From positions 64,001-128,000 of the IMG/VR virus record IMGVR_UViG_3300008952_000004: DNA of 64,000 nucleotides. One strand, 5' to 3'. The position numbers were made by a program, and so were the translations under genes. Source of the stretch: a virus. Shown one piece after another: positions 49,383 to 58,582 of this stretch. The notes beneath the pieces were generated by a model, which made no database searches, was not told where the DNA came from, and saw nothing but the letters and a program-made list of their open reading frames with translations. How positions within the stretch are numbered: position 1 is the stretch's first letter; each line of letters begins with the position of its first letter.

Positions 49383-52300
49383 ATGAGTTTTGAAGACGGA
49401 ATGCTCGGCGCCGCCGAAACAGTAGAAGCACAAGCCCGAGAAGCCAAATCAGACGCCGCAGCGGCTGCAAAAGAACCCTCGCCTCTGACTGCCAGTCAGC
49501 AAGCGGTGGCAAACGAAAATACAGTTTACCTTGGCGGCGACGGGAATACCGCCGAGGACGGGCAAAAAATAGCAAGATTCAATCAGCAGTGTTTTTTGAT
49601 TGATTACATGGATATTTTTAAATATCAAGCGCCTAAAGAATATTCTCACCTCACTGTTTTTGCTGACGGCGATCCCAATAAACTCATTCGATATTTGACT
49701 GGTGAATCAGGTTTGAGAACATTTATGCATTTAACTCCAGTTCAAATTGCAGCATTGATACCGACTGTTAAAATCTGGATCGTAAAATCTTCAGGTGCTG
49801 GCAATGAAAACTTGTCAAAAGCTGCCGCCGTACCGTTATATTTTTCGACAAATTACGAAACATCTGGCGTAGAAGCTATATTAAAAGGCACGGCACCACG
49901 AGGCACCGGGGTGGTACTTGAAGAAGTATATTATTCTTTGGACGGGGCAAAGGCTGGCAGCGCAGCGCAAGTCAATGAAGATTATAAGGTCACTTTAAAA
50001 TTTAAGGCAGAATCAATGGCAGCGTTGGATCATAGACCGCAAGGACAAAATGCCACTTTGATGGATCTTTTGGCAGGCGAGCCACTGTCAGCACTTGGCA
50101 GTGCAAAAGCGGTAGGTCAACACACTCGCATTAGGGTTCAGATGGGCTGGGCGACCGGCGAAGCAGGCAAAAATAAATTAACAGGAATACAAAAAAGTGC
50201 CGTTCTCGGCACGTGCATTCGGTTACTTCTGTTCAAGGCAGCTATTCCCCAGATCGATTTGATGGAGGATGGCACTGTACAAGTTGTTCAAGAATTTTTT
50301 GCACAGACAGAGCCAGATCCAGAAAGAGATGCAGATATACTTGGCGGTCACGTTAAGGATCAGGACAATTCTAGGGTTAAAACTCATGTTGAAGAGCAGC
50401 GTGTCCATCGAGCCACTACCAACGCCGCTCTTGGTACTCTGAAGAAAGAACTCGAAGCCAACGGTATCGAGCCAGGAGCGATTTTTCAAAATCAAGGGGA
50501 TGATCTTTTCTCTCAAGCATTTGGCGACAATTCCGAAAAGCTAAATCCGGTTGACTGGCAAAAGAAGATTGCACAAGCTAAGGGGATCAATTACCCCAAG
50601 GACTGGCAGGGGCAGAAGATGGGACTCAGGAGTGCCACAACCGCAGTTGCAGAGCTTCAAGCGAAGTGGGCAGAGGCAAAAGCACAAGAAAATATACAAA
50701 CACAGAGCATACTTCATGCCCGCTACACGAAGATGTTTACGGATCTCTTGGATAACGAGGAGGTTATGTCCGTTCAAGTACCAAAATCGATGCTCGGGGT
50801 TGGTGGTACATCAAGCTCGATTTTAAACGAGAAGGGTCACAGAGTTACCACGGGTATTAAAGAACAGGTGGGCGTTGCTCTCAATAACATAAAAAACTAT
50901 TGGGGTGAAATGCTCACAGGCAAACCCGGCGTCACATTCGAAAACACATCAACACAACAGAAGTATGGCAATCGTGCCGAACTCAGTGCCGTTCATGAAT
51001 ACAGATTGAATAGGCTTAAATTGTTCACTGGCGGCTCCCATTCTGTGAAAGAGCTGGATGACGTGAAAAAGGGTATTTCCAAAATGTCTACCAAAGATGC
51101 AGATACGCAAAAAATCAGTCAAGACAACATCTTGCGATCGCTCGCCTCCAATAGAGATGGCAATAAGGAGCAAGCTGCCAAGGGCAATATCACCATACAG
51201 GGTGGACTCCAAATCAATCCAGGCTTTTTACCAATGGATCCTTCAGGTGAGACGGTGAAAGTACACTATACGTACTTCGGTGCTCTTGTCAATTCGGCTT
51301 TGCGATTAACGGGTCATGACAGTATCCCACCAAAAGCGCGTATTTTGTTGGGAACATATACGTGGTCCCGTCCCGGTTCTAAGAATGCCGAGACTTTTCC
51401 ATTGGCTGACTTTCCTGTTTCTATGGACCTTTTTCGAGCTTGGTTGGTTAAAACTGTGGTGGCACCCGCCAAGTCATCTCTCGCTCTTAAAGACTATTTG
51501 GAATCGATGATTGAAACTTTGGTGCATGGTATGTTACAGCAAGGTAATTCCGGGTGCTTTGGTGGGAACGATCCGGCAAACCGCACACATACAAAATGGG
51601 ATACGTTTGAGGCACCATCGTCTGCCAAGGGAAGAGATAGACTTCCAAGGGGCAGAGTTACTGTTGAAACTGTTTCCGGGCTTATGATGAAACCATTGCC
51701 GGTTGAAGCTGTTCATCATCCTGGCTACGGCTCACGAAATTATATTTTGTTGCATGCAACTAATGAAAAGGCAAGCGAACAGTTTGGTGTAAGCGAAGCG
51801 GCAGATGATAAGAAAGGGTGTTATTGGCTCAGCGTCGGGCTAGCCACTGGTCCAATTAAAGAATTTAAATTTGAAAGATTAGAAGAAACACGCGATGAAT
51901 ATTTCAACTATATGGAGTCTAAAGAAGGCGGTAACGTAAAAGTATCTGACGCAAGAAAAAACCTGCTTCAGCAGAAGGACCTTCAACAAATGTACAAGGC
52001 ACAGGTTCAAATACTAGGGAACTCAGTTCTTAAAATAAATGGCGATGTGTTTGTCAATATTAACGGTATTGGCGCAGCCAAGGATCACTCCATAGCAAGA
52101 GGCTTGGGCTTCGGCGGTACATATAAAGTAATTAAAAAAGAGGGAAAAATAGATTCTACTGGCTGGTGGGAGGACGTTGAGTGTTATCCCACTCCAATGC
52201 ATGAGGCGCATAATAGACAGAACAGACTTGAGTATTGGGGAAAGCGACGAAGCGTCTTTGAGAAAAAACCAGAGGATATGACCCCTGAAGAACTTGCAGC

Positions 52301-52757
52301 ATTTACCAAAGAAGAGATGGCGCGTGAAAAAGAACTAGAAGCAGCACAAAAAGGCGCTGGTGTTGCCAAAAGAGCAGCGGAACAGGCACTGCGAGCCAAT
52401 GAAGTCAAAGCTGCCGAGCTTCGCGATCGCAGAATAAAACTTTTCCATAGTGTATTGGAGATTCAAGGCATCGATATGCAATTGTCGGTATATCAAGAAG
52501 CAGAACAATGGTTTGCACAAGAAGGCAATAAATCGAAGCAGGATTGGGATGCATTTATGGCATATTTGCAGTCCCGAGATGAGAACATGTTCCCTTTCGA
52601 AGGTACCAGCTTGCTGTTGAAAGATGAATTCACCTATGGTGGTAAAATCAGTTTGTCTGCTTATTGGAATGAAACTGACTTGGCAGAAGCAGAAGAATTC
52701 ATGGCGTCAGATGCCATCACCGGCAACAACTGGATCCTCGCGACGCAGACATTTTAA
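49383..52757 (+). CDS. Large baseplate hub-like protein
   Basis: Position after the LysM gene; late segment YKAQVQILGN...GFGGTYKVIK resembles hub C-terminal patterns; extended by long helical regions. Confidence 0.45.
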   Translation: MSFEDGMLGAAETVEAQAREAKSDAAAAAKEPSPLTASQQAVANENTVYLGGDGNTAEDGQKIARFNQQCFLIDYMDIFKYQAPKEYSHLTVFADGDPNKLIRYLTGESGLRTFMHLTPVQIAALIPTVKIWIVKSSGAGNENLSKAAAVPLYFSTNYETSGVEAILKGTAPRGTGVVLEEVYYSLDGAKAGSAAQVNEDYKVTLKFKAESMAALDHRPQGQNATLMDLLAGEPLSALGSAKAVGQHTRIRVQMGWATGEAGKNKLTGIQKSAVLGTCIRLLLFKAAIPQIDLMEDGTVQVVQEFFAQTEPDPERDADILGGHVKDQDNSRVKTHVEEQRVHRATTNAALGTLKKELEANGIEPGAIFQNQGDDLFSQAFGDNSEKLNPVDWQKKIAQAKGINYPKDWQGQKMGLRSATTAVAELQAKWAEAKAQENIQTQSILHARYTKMFTDLLDNEEVMSVQVPKSMLGVGGTSSSILNEKGHRVTTGIKEQVGVALNNIKNYWGEMLTGKPGVTFENTSTQQKYGNRAELSAVHEYRLNRLKLFTGGSHSVKELDDVKKGISKMSTKDADTQKISQDNILRSLASNRDGNKEQAAKGNITIQGGLQINPGFLPMDPSGETVKVHYTYFGALVNSALRLTGHDSIPPKARILLGTYTWSRPGSKNAETFPLADFPVSMDLFRAWLVKTVVAPAKSSLALKDYLESMIETLVHGMLQQGNSGCFGGNDPANRTHTKWDTFEAPSSAKGRDRLPRGRVTVETVSGLMMKPLPVEAVHHPGYGSRNYILLHATNEKASEQFGVSEAADDKKGCYWLSVGLATGPIKEFKFERLEETRDEYFNYMESKEGGNVKVSDARKNLLQQKDLQQMYKAQVQILGNSVLKINGDVFVNINGIGAAKDHSIARGLGFGGTYKVIKKEGKIDSTGWWEDVECYPTPMHEAHNRQNRLEYWGKRRSVFEKKPEDMTPEELAAFTKEEMAREKELEAAQKGAGVAKRAAEQALRANEVKAAELRDRRIKLFHSVLEIQGIDMQLSVYQEAEQWFAQEGNKSKQDWDAFMAYLQSRDENMFPFEGTSLLLKDEFTYGGKISLSAYWNETDLAEAEEFMASDAITGNNWILATQTF

Positions 52758-52784
52758 AGAGATATCACTTGAAAGGAGTAAGAA

Positions 52785-53996
52785 ATGTCAGATATCGGTG
52801 ATTTAATAAAACAATATGCAACAGCAACCAACGCGGGTAATCATAACACTCTTGAAACATTTCTCAAGCGCGATTTTTGGGCAGCAGTTGTACCCCAATT
52901 GGGCGCACCCCTAGAACAGACTATAAATTATTGGACCCAAACCGGTGCCCTTCACGGCAAAACCTCTCCAATTGGGGATTTGTGTTATTTGTCAGAAACG
53001 AACCTGAAGCAGTTTTCCTCTCCACTCCACAAATCACAGGAAGTTGTTATGGGGGTCGATTTTGTCGTCGATGCTTTTTTAGAACTTCAGACACATTTTA
53101 TGAAAGCCCATGGACTTAAAAAGCTTAACCCCAAAGGTATATCAGCGATTCGCAATCTGGTGCCCAAAGTGGGGTGGACAAGTTTCATTAAGGGACACAA
53201 CGAACATTTAGTCTCTTTATATGATATATTTGTTACAAAACGACTCAAGGTCGATCGAAGGCATCATAAAATAAAAAATTTAGATACCTACATAAAAGAA
53301 CTCTTAGAATTTTTAATACGTTCAAGAGGATTATCTTTTATGACTATGAGTGCATATGCAACATCAAAAATTTGCCCAAACGATGTTGGCGGGTTAAAGG
53401 TGGAAATAGCAAAACTTCCAAAATATGCCGACGCTATAAAGGTAGAATGGCTACAGGATCCAAATTATAATTTTTATAAGTCTTCAGCTCAAAATCATGG
53501 GTTTATGATAGATTATAACGCTCCCTGGAGTTTAACAGCAGACATTAGGCACCCTGTAATGAGAAAACATATGGAAACTTATGGAATCATTCCGGAAACT
53601 CTTTTTGAAGAATATTACCACAACACTTCTGGATTTAATGACTTTGCAAATCTGAAAGAGTTTATTATGAGTTCATATAATGTTTATATAGAATCTTACC
53701 CAACATACCAAGAATATGAGTTATGTGCCCGTGGTGAAAATCAGAAAAGAACGATAGTAAAAAATACGTACCGCCAGCGTTTAGATCTTTTTCACCCCAA
53801 TCAGATGTATGATGACGCATACTGGTTAGAATTATATTATTTTGTGAGGCTAACTGAGATGCAGGTTAAAAAAAGCAATGCGACGTTTAATAACGATGTA
53901 AAGAAAATAATGCAAATTTATAACTATAAAGGGCTTGACAATGCTTTAAAATATGTTACTATGATACTAAAGAACACTAGAACAAAGACGTTATAG
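52785..53996 (+). CDS. Hypothetical protein
   Basis: 403 aa, AAGGAG SD. Confidence 0.6.
   Translation: MSDIGDLIKQYATATNAGNHNTLETFLKRDFWAAVVPQLGAPLEQTINYWTQTGALHGKTSPIGDLCYLSETNLKQFSSPLHKSQEVVMGVDFVVDAFLELQTHFMKAHGLKKLNPKGISAIRNLVPKVGWTSFIKGHNEHLVSLYDIFVTKRLKVDRRHHKIKNLDTYIKELLEFLIRSRGLSFMTMSAYATSKICPNDVGGLKVEIAKLPKYADAIKVEWLQDPNYNFYKSSAQNHGFMIDYNAPWSLTADIRHPVMRKHMETYGIIPETLFEEYYHNTSGFNDFANLKEFIMSSYNVYIESYPTYQEYELCARGENQKRTIVKNTYRQRLDLFHPNQMYDDAYWLELYYFVRLTEMQVKKSNATFNNDVKKIMQIYNYKGLDNALKYVTMILKNTRTKTL
53935..53962 (+). promoter_or_regulatory. Putative sigma70-type promoter with extended -10
   Basis: TTGACA-N16-TACTAT with TG before the -10; about 40 nt before the PolA-like start. Confidence 0.6.
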
Positions 53997-54003
53997 AGGT
54001 AAT

Positions 54004-55197
54004 TTGTTTTTTCAACCGTTAGATACTAAAAAAGAGTGCGCTGGTATATATGCCGATGGTAAAATACACAATGACAGCATACCTGTAGGCTTGACCGCAA
54101 CGTGGAAATATAGTTCTCATCTCGATTTGCCTTCTGTGGAGTATGCCAACTTGTATTGCGGCGGCAAATCAATAGCAGAAGTAGTACCAGATTCAAAGAG
54201 GGACAATTGGGAGCTTTTGAACAATAAGTTGCAGGCATACCTCCGAGCTTGCAATACCGCAAAGGTTGATTTAGAAGAAAACTGTTTTTTTGACATTGTG
54301 CCTGAAAAATTCTTATTGCAATATTGTGAAATGAGGAATGACGTTACTAAACACGTTATATTGAACAACAAGAAGCCCGCGAATTATGATTTCTTGTTAG
54401 AGTTAGTTAAGTTTTTATCAAAACTTAGGCACCAACACCTTAAACTTGATCTTACACCGCTCTCAAAGCTCGTGGCGCTGCCCCGTACACGCATTTTATA
54501 TAAGCGCCTTATGAAAAGATCGAGTCACTATATTGAATACGACCCGTTCAAATCTAAGACCGGTCGACTTACAACAACAAAATTAAGTTTTCCTATATTG
54601 ACATTAGATAGGAATTATCGCTCTATAATAAAACCACAGAATGATTTTTTTGTTGAGTTGGATTTTAATGCCGCAGAGCTTCGCACACTGCTGGCGCTCT
54701 CTGGCAGAGAACAACCAAAAACGGATATTCATGATTGGAACGCAAAAAATATATACCGTTCAAGCGTCCTGTCACGTGACGCTGCCAAGAAAAGAATATT
54801 TGCTTGGTTATACAATCCAAACTCTAAGGATTTCCTTCCTTCAGACGTATATGATCGAGAGAAAGTCTTGGTAAAATACTTTGACGGTAGTACAGTGACC
54901 ACTGTATTTGATAGAAACATTCCAGCCGACAATCATCATGCCTTAAATTATATTATTCAGAGTACTACAAGCGATTTGTTCTTAAAAAGAGCGCTAGAAA
55001 TTGATAAAATACTATGTAGTCAAAGCTCAAATATAGCTTTTTTACTGCACGACTCGTTGGTAATTGATTTTGCAAAGAAAGATATGGGTTTATTGAACAA
55101 CATTATAAACACGTTTAGTGACACGGATTTAGGCTCATATGTTACAAATGTTTCAGTGGGTCGCGATTATGGGAATATGAAGAGGTATAATAAATGA
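54004..55197 (+). CDS. Minimal family A DNA polymerase-like protein (polymerase domain only)
   Basis: TGRL, motif A LDFNAAELR, DIH, motif B RDAAKKRIFAWLY, ALNYIIQS, motif C LHDSL, VGRDYG; TTG start after GAGGT. Confidence 0.8.
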   Translation: MFFQPLDTKKECAGIYADGKIHNDSIPVGLTATWKYSSHLDLPSVEYANLYCGGKSIAEVVPDSKRDNWELLNNKLQAYLRACNTAKVDLEENCFFDIVPEKFLLQYCEMRNDVTKHVILNNKKPANYDFLLELVKFLSKLRHQHLKLDLTPLSKLVALPRTRILYKRLMKRSSHYIEYDPFKSKTGRLTTTKLSFPILTLDRNYRSIIKPQNDFFVELDFNAAELRTLLALSGREQPKTDIHDWNAKNIYRSSVLSRDAAKKRIFAWLYNPNSKDFLPSDVYDREKVLVKYFDGSTVTTVFDRNIPADNHHALNYIIQSTTSDLFLKRALEIDKILCSQSSNIAFLLHDSLVIDFAKKDMGLLNNIINTFSDTDLGSYVTNVSVGRDYGNMKRYNK

Positions 55198-56030
55198 GCG
55201 GTGTCATAGGCTTAGGATCATTTGCTTGTGAATTAGCGAATGAGTTTAAAAAATATCCCCAATATGAGGTATATAATATCTTGGTTGGAACAAAAAAAAT
55301 ATATAGAAAGCGGGCACATATCCCTCCACAGTCAACACCGGAAAAATATGAAGAAAATTGCCCGTCTTTTAAAAAACTTTTTAAAACAAATCTTCCGGAA
55401 GAAGTATTGTTTGTTGTCGACGGCACCGAGCTTGTTTCGGCAGCATCTTTAAGAATCTTATCGGAAATCAAAGACCATAAAATAACTGTTTTATATCTCA
55501 ATTCGGCATCGCGAGCACTTTCAGAAGAACAAATTTTGAATGCCCGCGCTATTCGTGGGATACTTCAAGAGTATGCAAGGTCAGGGGTTTTTGAAAAAAT
55601 AATATTTGTTGACCTTGAACTGGTTGGTACCATATTACCAGAGACAACAATTAAAAGTTATTATTCTAAGATTCGTGAAATGGTTGTATCGACGTTGCAC
55701 ATGATCGAGGTGCTTTCGAGATCAAAAAGTGTGTTGGGAAATTTATCACCACCTCACGAGACATCTCGGGTGGTGACGATAGGAATAAAAGATTTCGAAA
55801 CTGGCAAAGAAAATATGTTTTTTCCGCTTGACTTTCCGAGAGAAAAGTGTTATTTTTATGCAATCGGGAAAGAAAAGATAGAAACCGACACAACGCTTAT
55901 GAAGAAGATTAAGGAACAAGCAGAGCAAGAAAAGACCACTCAGGTGAAACGCTCATATGGTGTCTATTCTACAGACTATGAAGATGATTACGTTTATGTT
56001 GTATATCGAGCTTCGGCTATACAAAAATAA
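55194..56030 (+). CDS. Divergent tubulin/FtsZ-like protein
   Basis: N-terminal VIGLGSFACELA Rossmann-type loop; strand/helix order and spacing fit the FtsZ/TubZ/PhuZ GTPase domain, but GGGTG(S/T)G is replaced by DGTELVSA. Confidence 0.45.
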   Translation: MSGVIGLGSFACELANEFKKYPQYEVYNILVGTKKIYRKRAHIPPQSTPEKYEENCPSFKKLFKTNLPEEVLFVVDGTELVSAASLRILSEIKDHKITVLYLNSASRALSEEQILNARAIRGILQEYARSGVFEKIIFVDLELVGTILPETTIKSYYSKIREMVVSTLHMIEVLSRSKSVLGNLSPPHETSRVVTIGIKDFETGKENMFFPLDFPREKCYFYAIGKEKIETDTTLMKKIKEQAEQEKTTQVKRSYGVYSTDYEDDYVYVVYRASAIQK

Positions 56031-56038
56031 AAAAAAGC

Positions 56039-56067
56039 TTGACAAAGAGAATTTACTGTGTTACAGT
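56039..56067 (+). promoter_or_regulatory. Putative sigma70-type promoter
   Basis: A-tract, then TTGACA-N17-TACAGT with TG extended -10; upstream of SSB. Confidence 0.75.
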
Positions 56068-56125
56068 ATGGATTAGAAACTTAGAAGATTAGCTGAGTTT
56101 ACTTTAACAATTAGGAGAAAAGTTA

Positions 56126-56896
56126 ATGGCAATTGATTTAAAAAAGATTCAAGAAAGAAAGTTCGCTCTTGAAAATCGAGGCGGCTCAAAACAAAAAAAT
56201 GGGTTTTGGAAGCCGCAAGATGGCGAACAAACAATTCGGATTATTCCGACGGCAGACGGGGATCCGTTTAAGGATTATTGGTTCCACTATAACGTGGGCA
56301 AGAATTCTGGTTTCCTTTGTCCGAAAAAAAACTACGGAGAGGACTGTCCTGTCTGTGAATTTGCTAGCAATCTATGGCGTGAAGGCGACGATGGAAGCAA
56401 GAAGATGGCTAAATCCCTCTTTGCGCGACAACGTTTCTTCTCTCCTGTGATGGTCCGAGGAGAAGAAGCTCAGGGGGTCCGAGTCTGGGGCTATGGAAAG
56501 ATGGCGTATGAGACGCTGCTTAACCTAGTGTTAAACCCGGAGTATGGGGATATTACCGATACTGAAGCTGGGACAGATTTGGTCATGACATATGGCAAAC
56601 CTCCCGGTGGGCAATTTCCATTAACAAAGCTCACACCAAAGCGCTCAACTTCGCAATTTTGCGAGGATGTGACACCTGAACGTTGCAAAGAAATTTTGGA
56701 TGCTATTCCAAACTTTGAAGACTTGTTTGATCGCAAGACTACTTCAGACGTTCAGGCTCTATTGGATGAATTCCTGCTTTCTGATGACGATGCCGAGTCG
56801 GCATCAACTGAGACAGTAAAATATTCTTCCACAAGCGATACAGCTTCGGAAGCGAACACTGTTTCGGATGCTTTTGATGAGCTATTAGGTAGCTAG
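56126..56896 (+). CDS. Single-stranded DNA-binding protein (T4 gp32-like)
   Basis: FWKP...IRIIP, H...C...CPVC Zn site, acidic C-terminal tail. Confidence 0.82.
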   Translation: MAIDLKKIQERKFALENRGGSKQKNGFWKPQDGEQTIRIIPTADGDPFKDYWFHYNVGKNSGFLCPKKNYGEDCPVCEFASNLWREGDDGSKKMAKSLFARQRFFSPVMVRGEEAQGVRVWGYGKMAYETLLNLVLNPEYGDITDTEAGTDLVMTYGKPPGGQFPLTKLTPKRSTSQFCEDVTPERCKEILDAIPNFEDLFDRKTTSDVQALLDEFLLSDDDAESASTETVKYSSTSDTASEANTVSDAFDELLGS

Positions 56897-56900
56897 TTTA

Positions 56901-56937
56901 TTATCCCACAGGGGGGCACAGGGTTATCAGGTGTCTC
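56901..56937 (+). ncRNA. Structured intergenic RNA element, copy A
   Basis: TTATCCC-ACAGG-GGGGCAC-A-GGGTTA-TCAG-GTGTCTC; homologous to copy B with compensatory changes. Confidence 0.6.
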
Positions 56938-56965
56938 GAACCAATTTTATTTAAAGAGGAAAAAA

Positions 56966-57391
56966 ATGAGCAAAGCTAAAAATGGAAATAATGTCAAAGT
57001 ACATTATAAAGGAACTCTTAATGATGGTACTGTGTTCGATAGCAGTCATGACCGGGGGCAAACCTTGGATTTTGAATTGGGTTCAAAAACCCTTTTGCCT
57101 GACTTTGAGAAAGCTGTCGTAGGTATGACAGTAGGTGCCAAGAAATCTTTTAAGATTACAGAAGGTTACGGAGTATATGATCCAACAGCAGTTGTGAAAG
57201 TATCTAAAGAGGTTTTTCCGTCTGACTTCGTTTTCGAAGTTGGCACATCTGTGCAGGGAACTAGCCCAAATGGTCAAGTAGCAGTTGCTAAAATCAACTC
57301 AGTTACAGACACCGAGGTCGAATTGGATCATAACCATCCACTCGCAGGGCAAGACCTTAATTTTGAAGTTGAGTTAGTCGACATCGGTTAA
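56966..57391 (+). CDS. FKBP-type peptidyl-prolyl isomerase (SlyD/SlpA-like with IF domain)
   Basis: VKVHYKGTLNDGTVFDSS, FEKAVVGM, YG, DHNHPLAGQDLNFEVELV. Confidence 0.92.
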   Translation: MSKAKNGNNVKVHYKGTLNDGTVFDSSHDRGQTLDFELGSKTLLPDFEKAVVGMTVGAKKSFKITEGYGVYDPTAVVKVSKEVFPSDFVFEVGTSVQGTSPNGQVAVAKINSVTDTEVELDHNHPLAGQDLNFEVELVDIG

Positions 57392-57394
57392 CTT

Positions 57395-57430
57395 TAATCC
57401 CGCAGGGAGGCATGGGTTTATAGATGCCTC
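57395..57430 (+). ncRNA. Structured intergenic RNA element, copy B
   Basis: TAATCCC-GCAGG-GAGGCAT-GGGTTTA-TAG-ATGCCTC; perfect 7-bp stem. Confidence 0.6.
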
Positions 57431-57454
57431 AATTTACATTCATGGGAGAAGAAT

Positions 57455-58582
57455 ATGGCAAGACCGAAGTCAGGAAAAAAAACAAAAGTTGGTAAGCTGA
57501 GCATCGCTGATATGCGCTCTCTTATTAATAAGAAGGCGGGAATTAACGTTGCACACAACCTAGCAGAGAAGAACCCGACAGAGGTGAGCGATTGGATCCC
57601 TACAGGATCTCGATGGCTAGATTCTATTATTTGTCGTGGTCATCTGGCAGGGATACCAGTAGGCAAAATCACAGAAATCGCCGGATTAGAGTCGACAGGA
57701 AAATCTTTTTTAGCAGCACAGGTTGCCGCGAACGCTCAAAAAATGGGAATCGACGTAATATATTTCGATTCAGAATCAGCGATTGATCCAGAGTTTTTGG
57801 CTCGTGGTGGCTGTGATGTTGATCGAGTATTATACGTTCAGGCTCAATCAGTGGAGTTTGTATTAGAAACCATTGAAGATCTTTTGGAGACAAATGAGAA
57901 CCGGATGCTCTTTATATGGGACTCTTTAGCGCTTACACCATCCACAACAGATGTAGAGGGGGACTTCAACCCTTTGTCATCGATGGCAGTAAAGCCAAGA
58001 ATCTTATCAAAGGGAATGTCAAAGTTGACTGTTCCAATCGCGAACAGCCAATCAACATTTCTGGTTCTTAATCAGCTTAAAACAAATATCACAAGCAACA
58101 TTGCGGAAGCGCTTACGACGCCATATTTTACGCCCGGTGGAAAGGCAATGCATTATGCGTATTCACTTCGCATTTGGCTCACGGGGCGCAAGGCGAAAAA
58201 TGCATTTGTCACGGATGAGCGCGGCTTCCGTATCGGATCTGAAGTTAAAGCCAAGATTCAAAAGTCGCGCTTTGGGACGCAAGGTCGCCAAAGTGCTTTT
58301 AAAATCCTTTGGGGTGAAGAGGTCGGAGTCCAAGACGAAGAAAGTTGGCTCGAAGCAATCAAGGGATCGGATAATTTAAAAAATGCTGGTGCTTGGTATC
58401 AGTTGGTTTATGAAGACGGCTCTGTGGATAAATTTCAAAGTGCTCATTGGCTTGATAAGCTTAAAAATGAAAAATTTAAAAATAGGGTCTTACAAATAAT
58501 GGACGAAGAAGTTATACTCAAGTTTGATAAACGCACAGGAGATGCCACAGACTTTTATGGAGATGATGAAGATGAAAAATAA
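57455..58582 (+). CDS. recA: RecA/UvsX recombinase
   Basis: IPTGS, Walker A GLESTGKS, YFDSE, IWDS, NQLK, TPGGKAMHYAYSLRI. Confidence 0.92.
   Translation: MARPKSGKKTKVGKLSIADMRSLINKKAGINVAHNLAEKNPTEVSDWIPTGSRWLDSIICRGHLAGIPVGKITEIAGLESTGKSFLAAQVAANAQKMGIDVIYFDSESAIDPEFLARGGCDVDRVLYVQAQSVEFVLETIEDLLETNENRMLFIWDSLALTPSTTDVEGDFNPLSSMAVKPRILSKGMSKLTVPIANSQSTFLVLNQLKTNITSNIAEALTTPYFTPGGKAMHYAYSLRIWLTGRKAKNAFVTDERGFRIGSEVKAKIQKSRFGTQGRQSAFKILWGEEVGVQDEESWLEAIKGSDNLKNAGAWYQLVYEDGSVDKFQSAHWLDKLKNEKFKNRVLQIMDEEVILKFDKRTGDATDFYGDDEDEK

Noticed and set aside
57395-57430. Twin RNA element as an HDV-like (theta) ribozyme or c-di-GMP-I riboswitch
   Set aside because: UCCCGC...GG resembles HDV L3/P1.1, but the P1 partner lies downstream, and P3 and P2 cannot form. 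GCACAGGG occurs only in copy A and the rest of the riboswitch core is missing.
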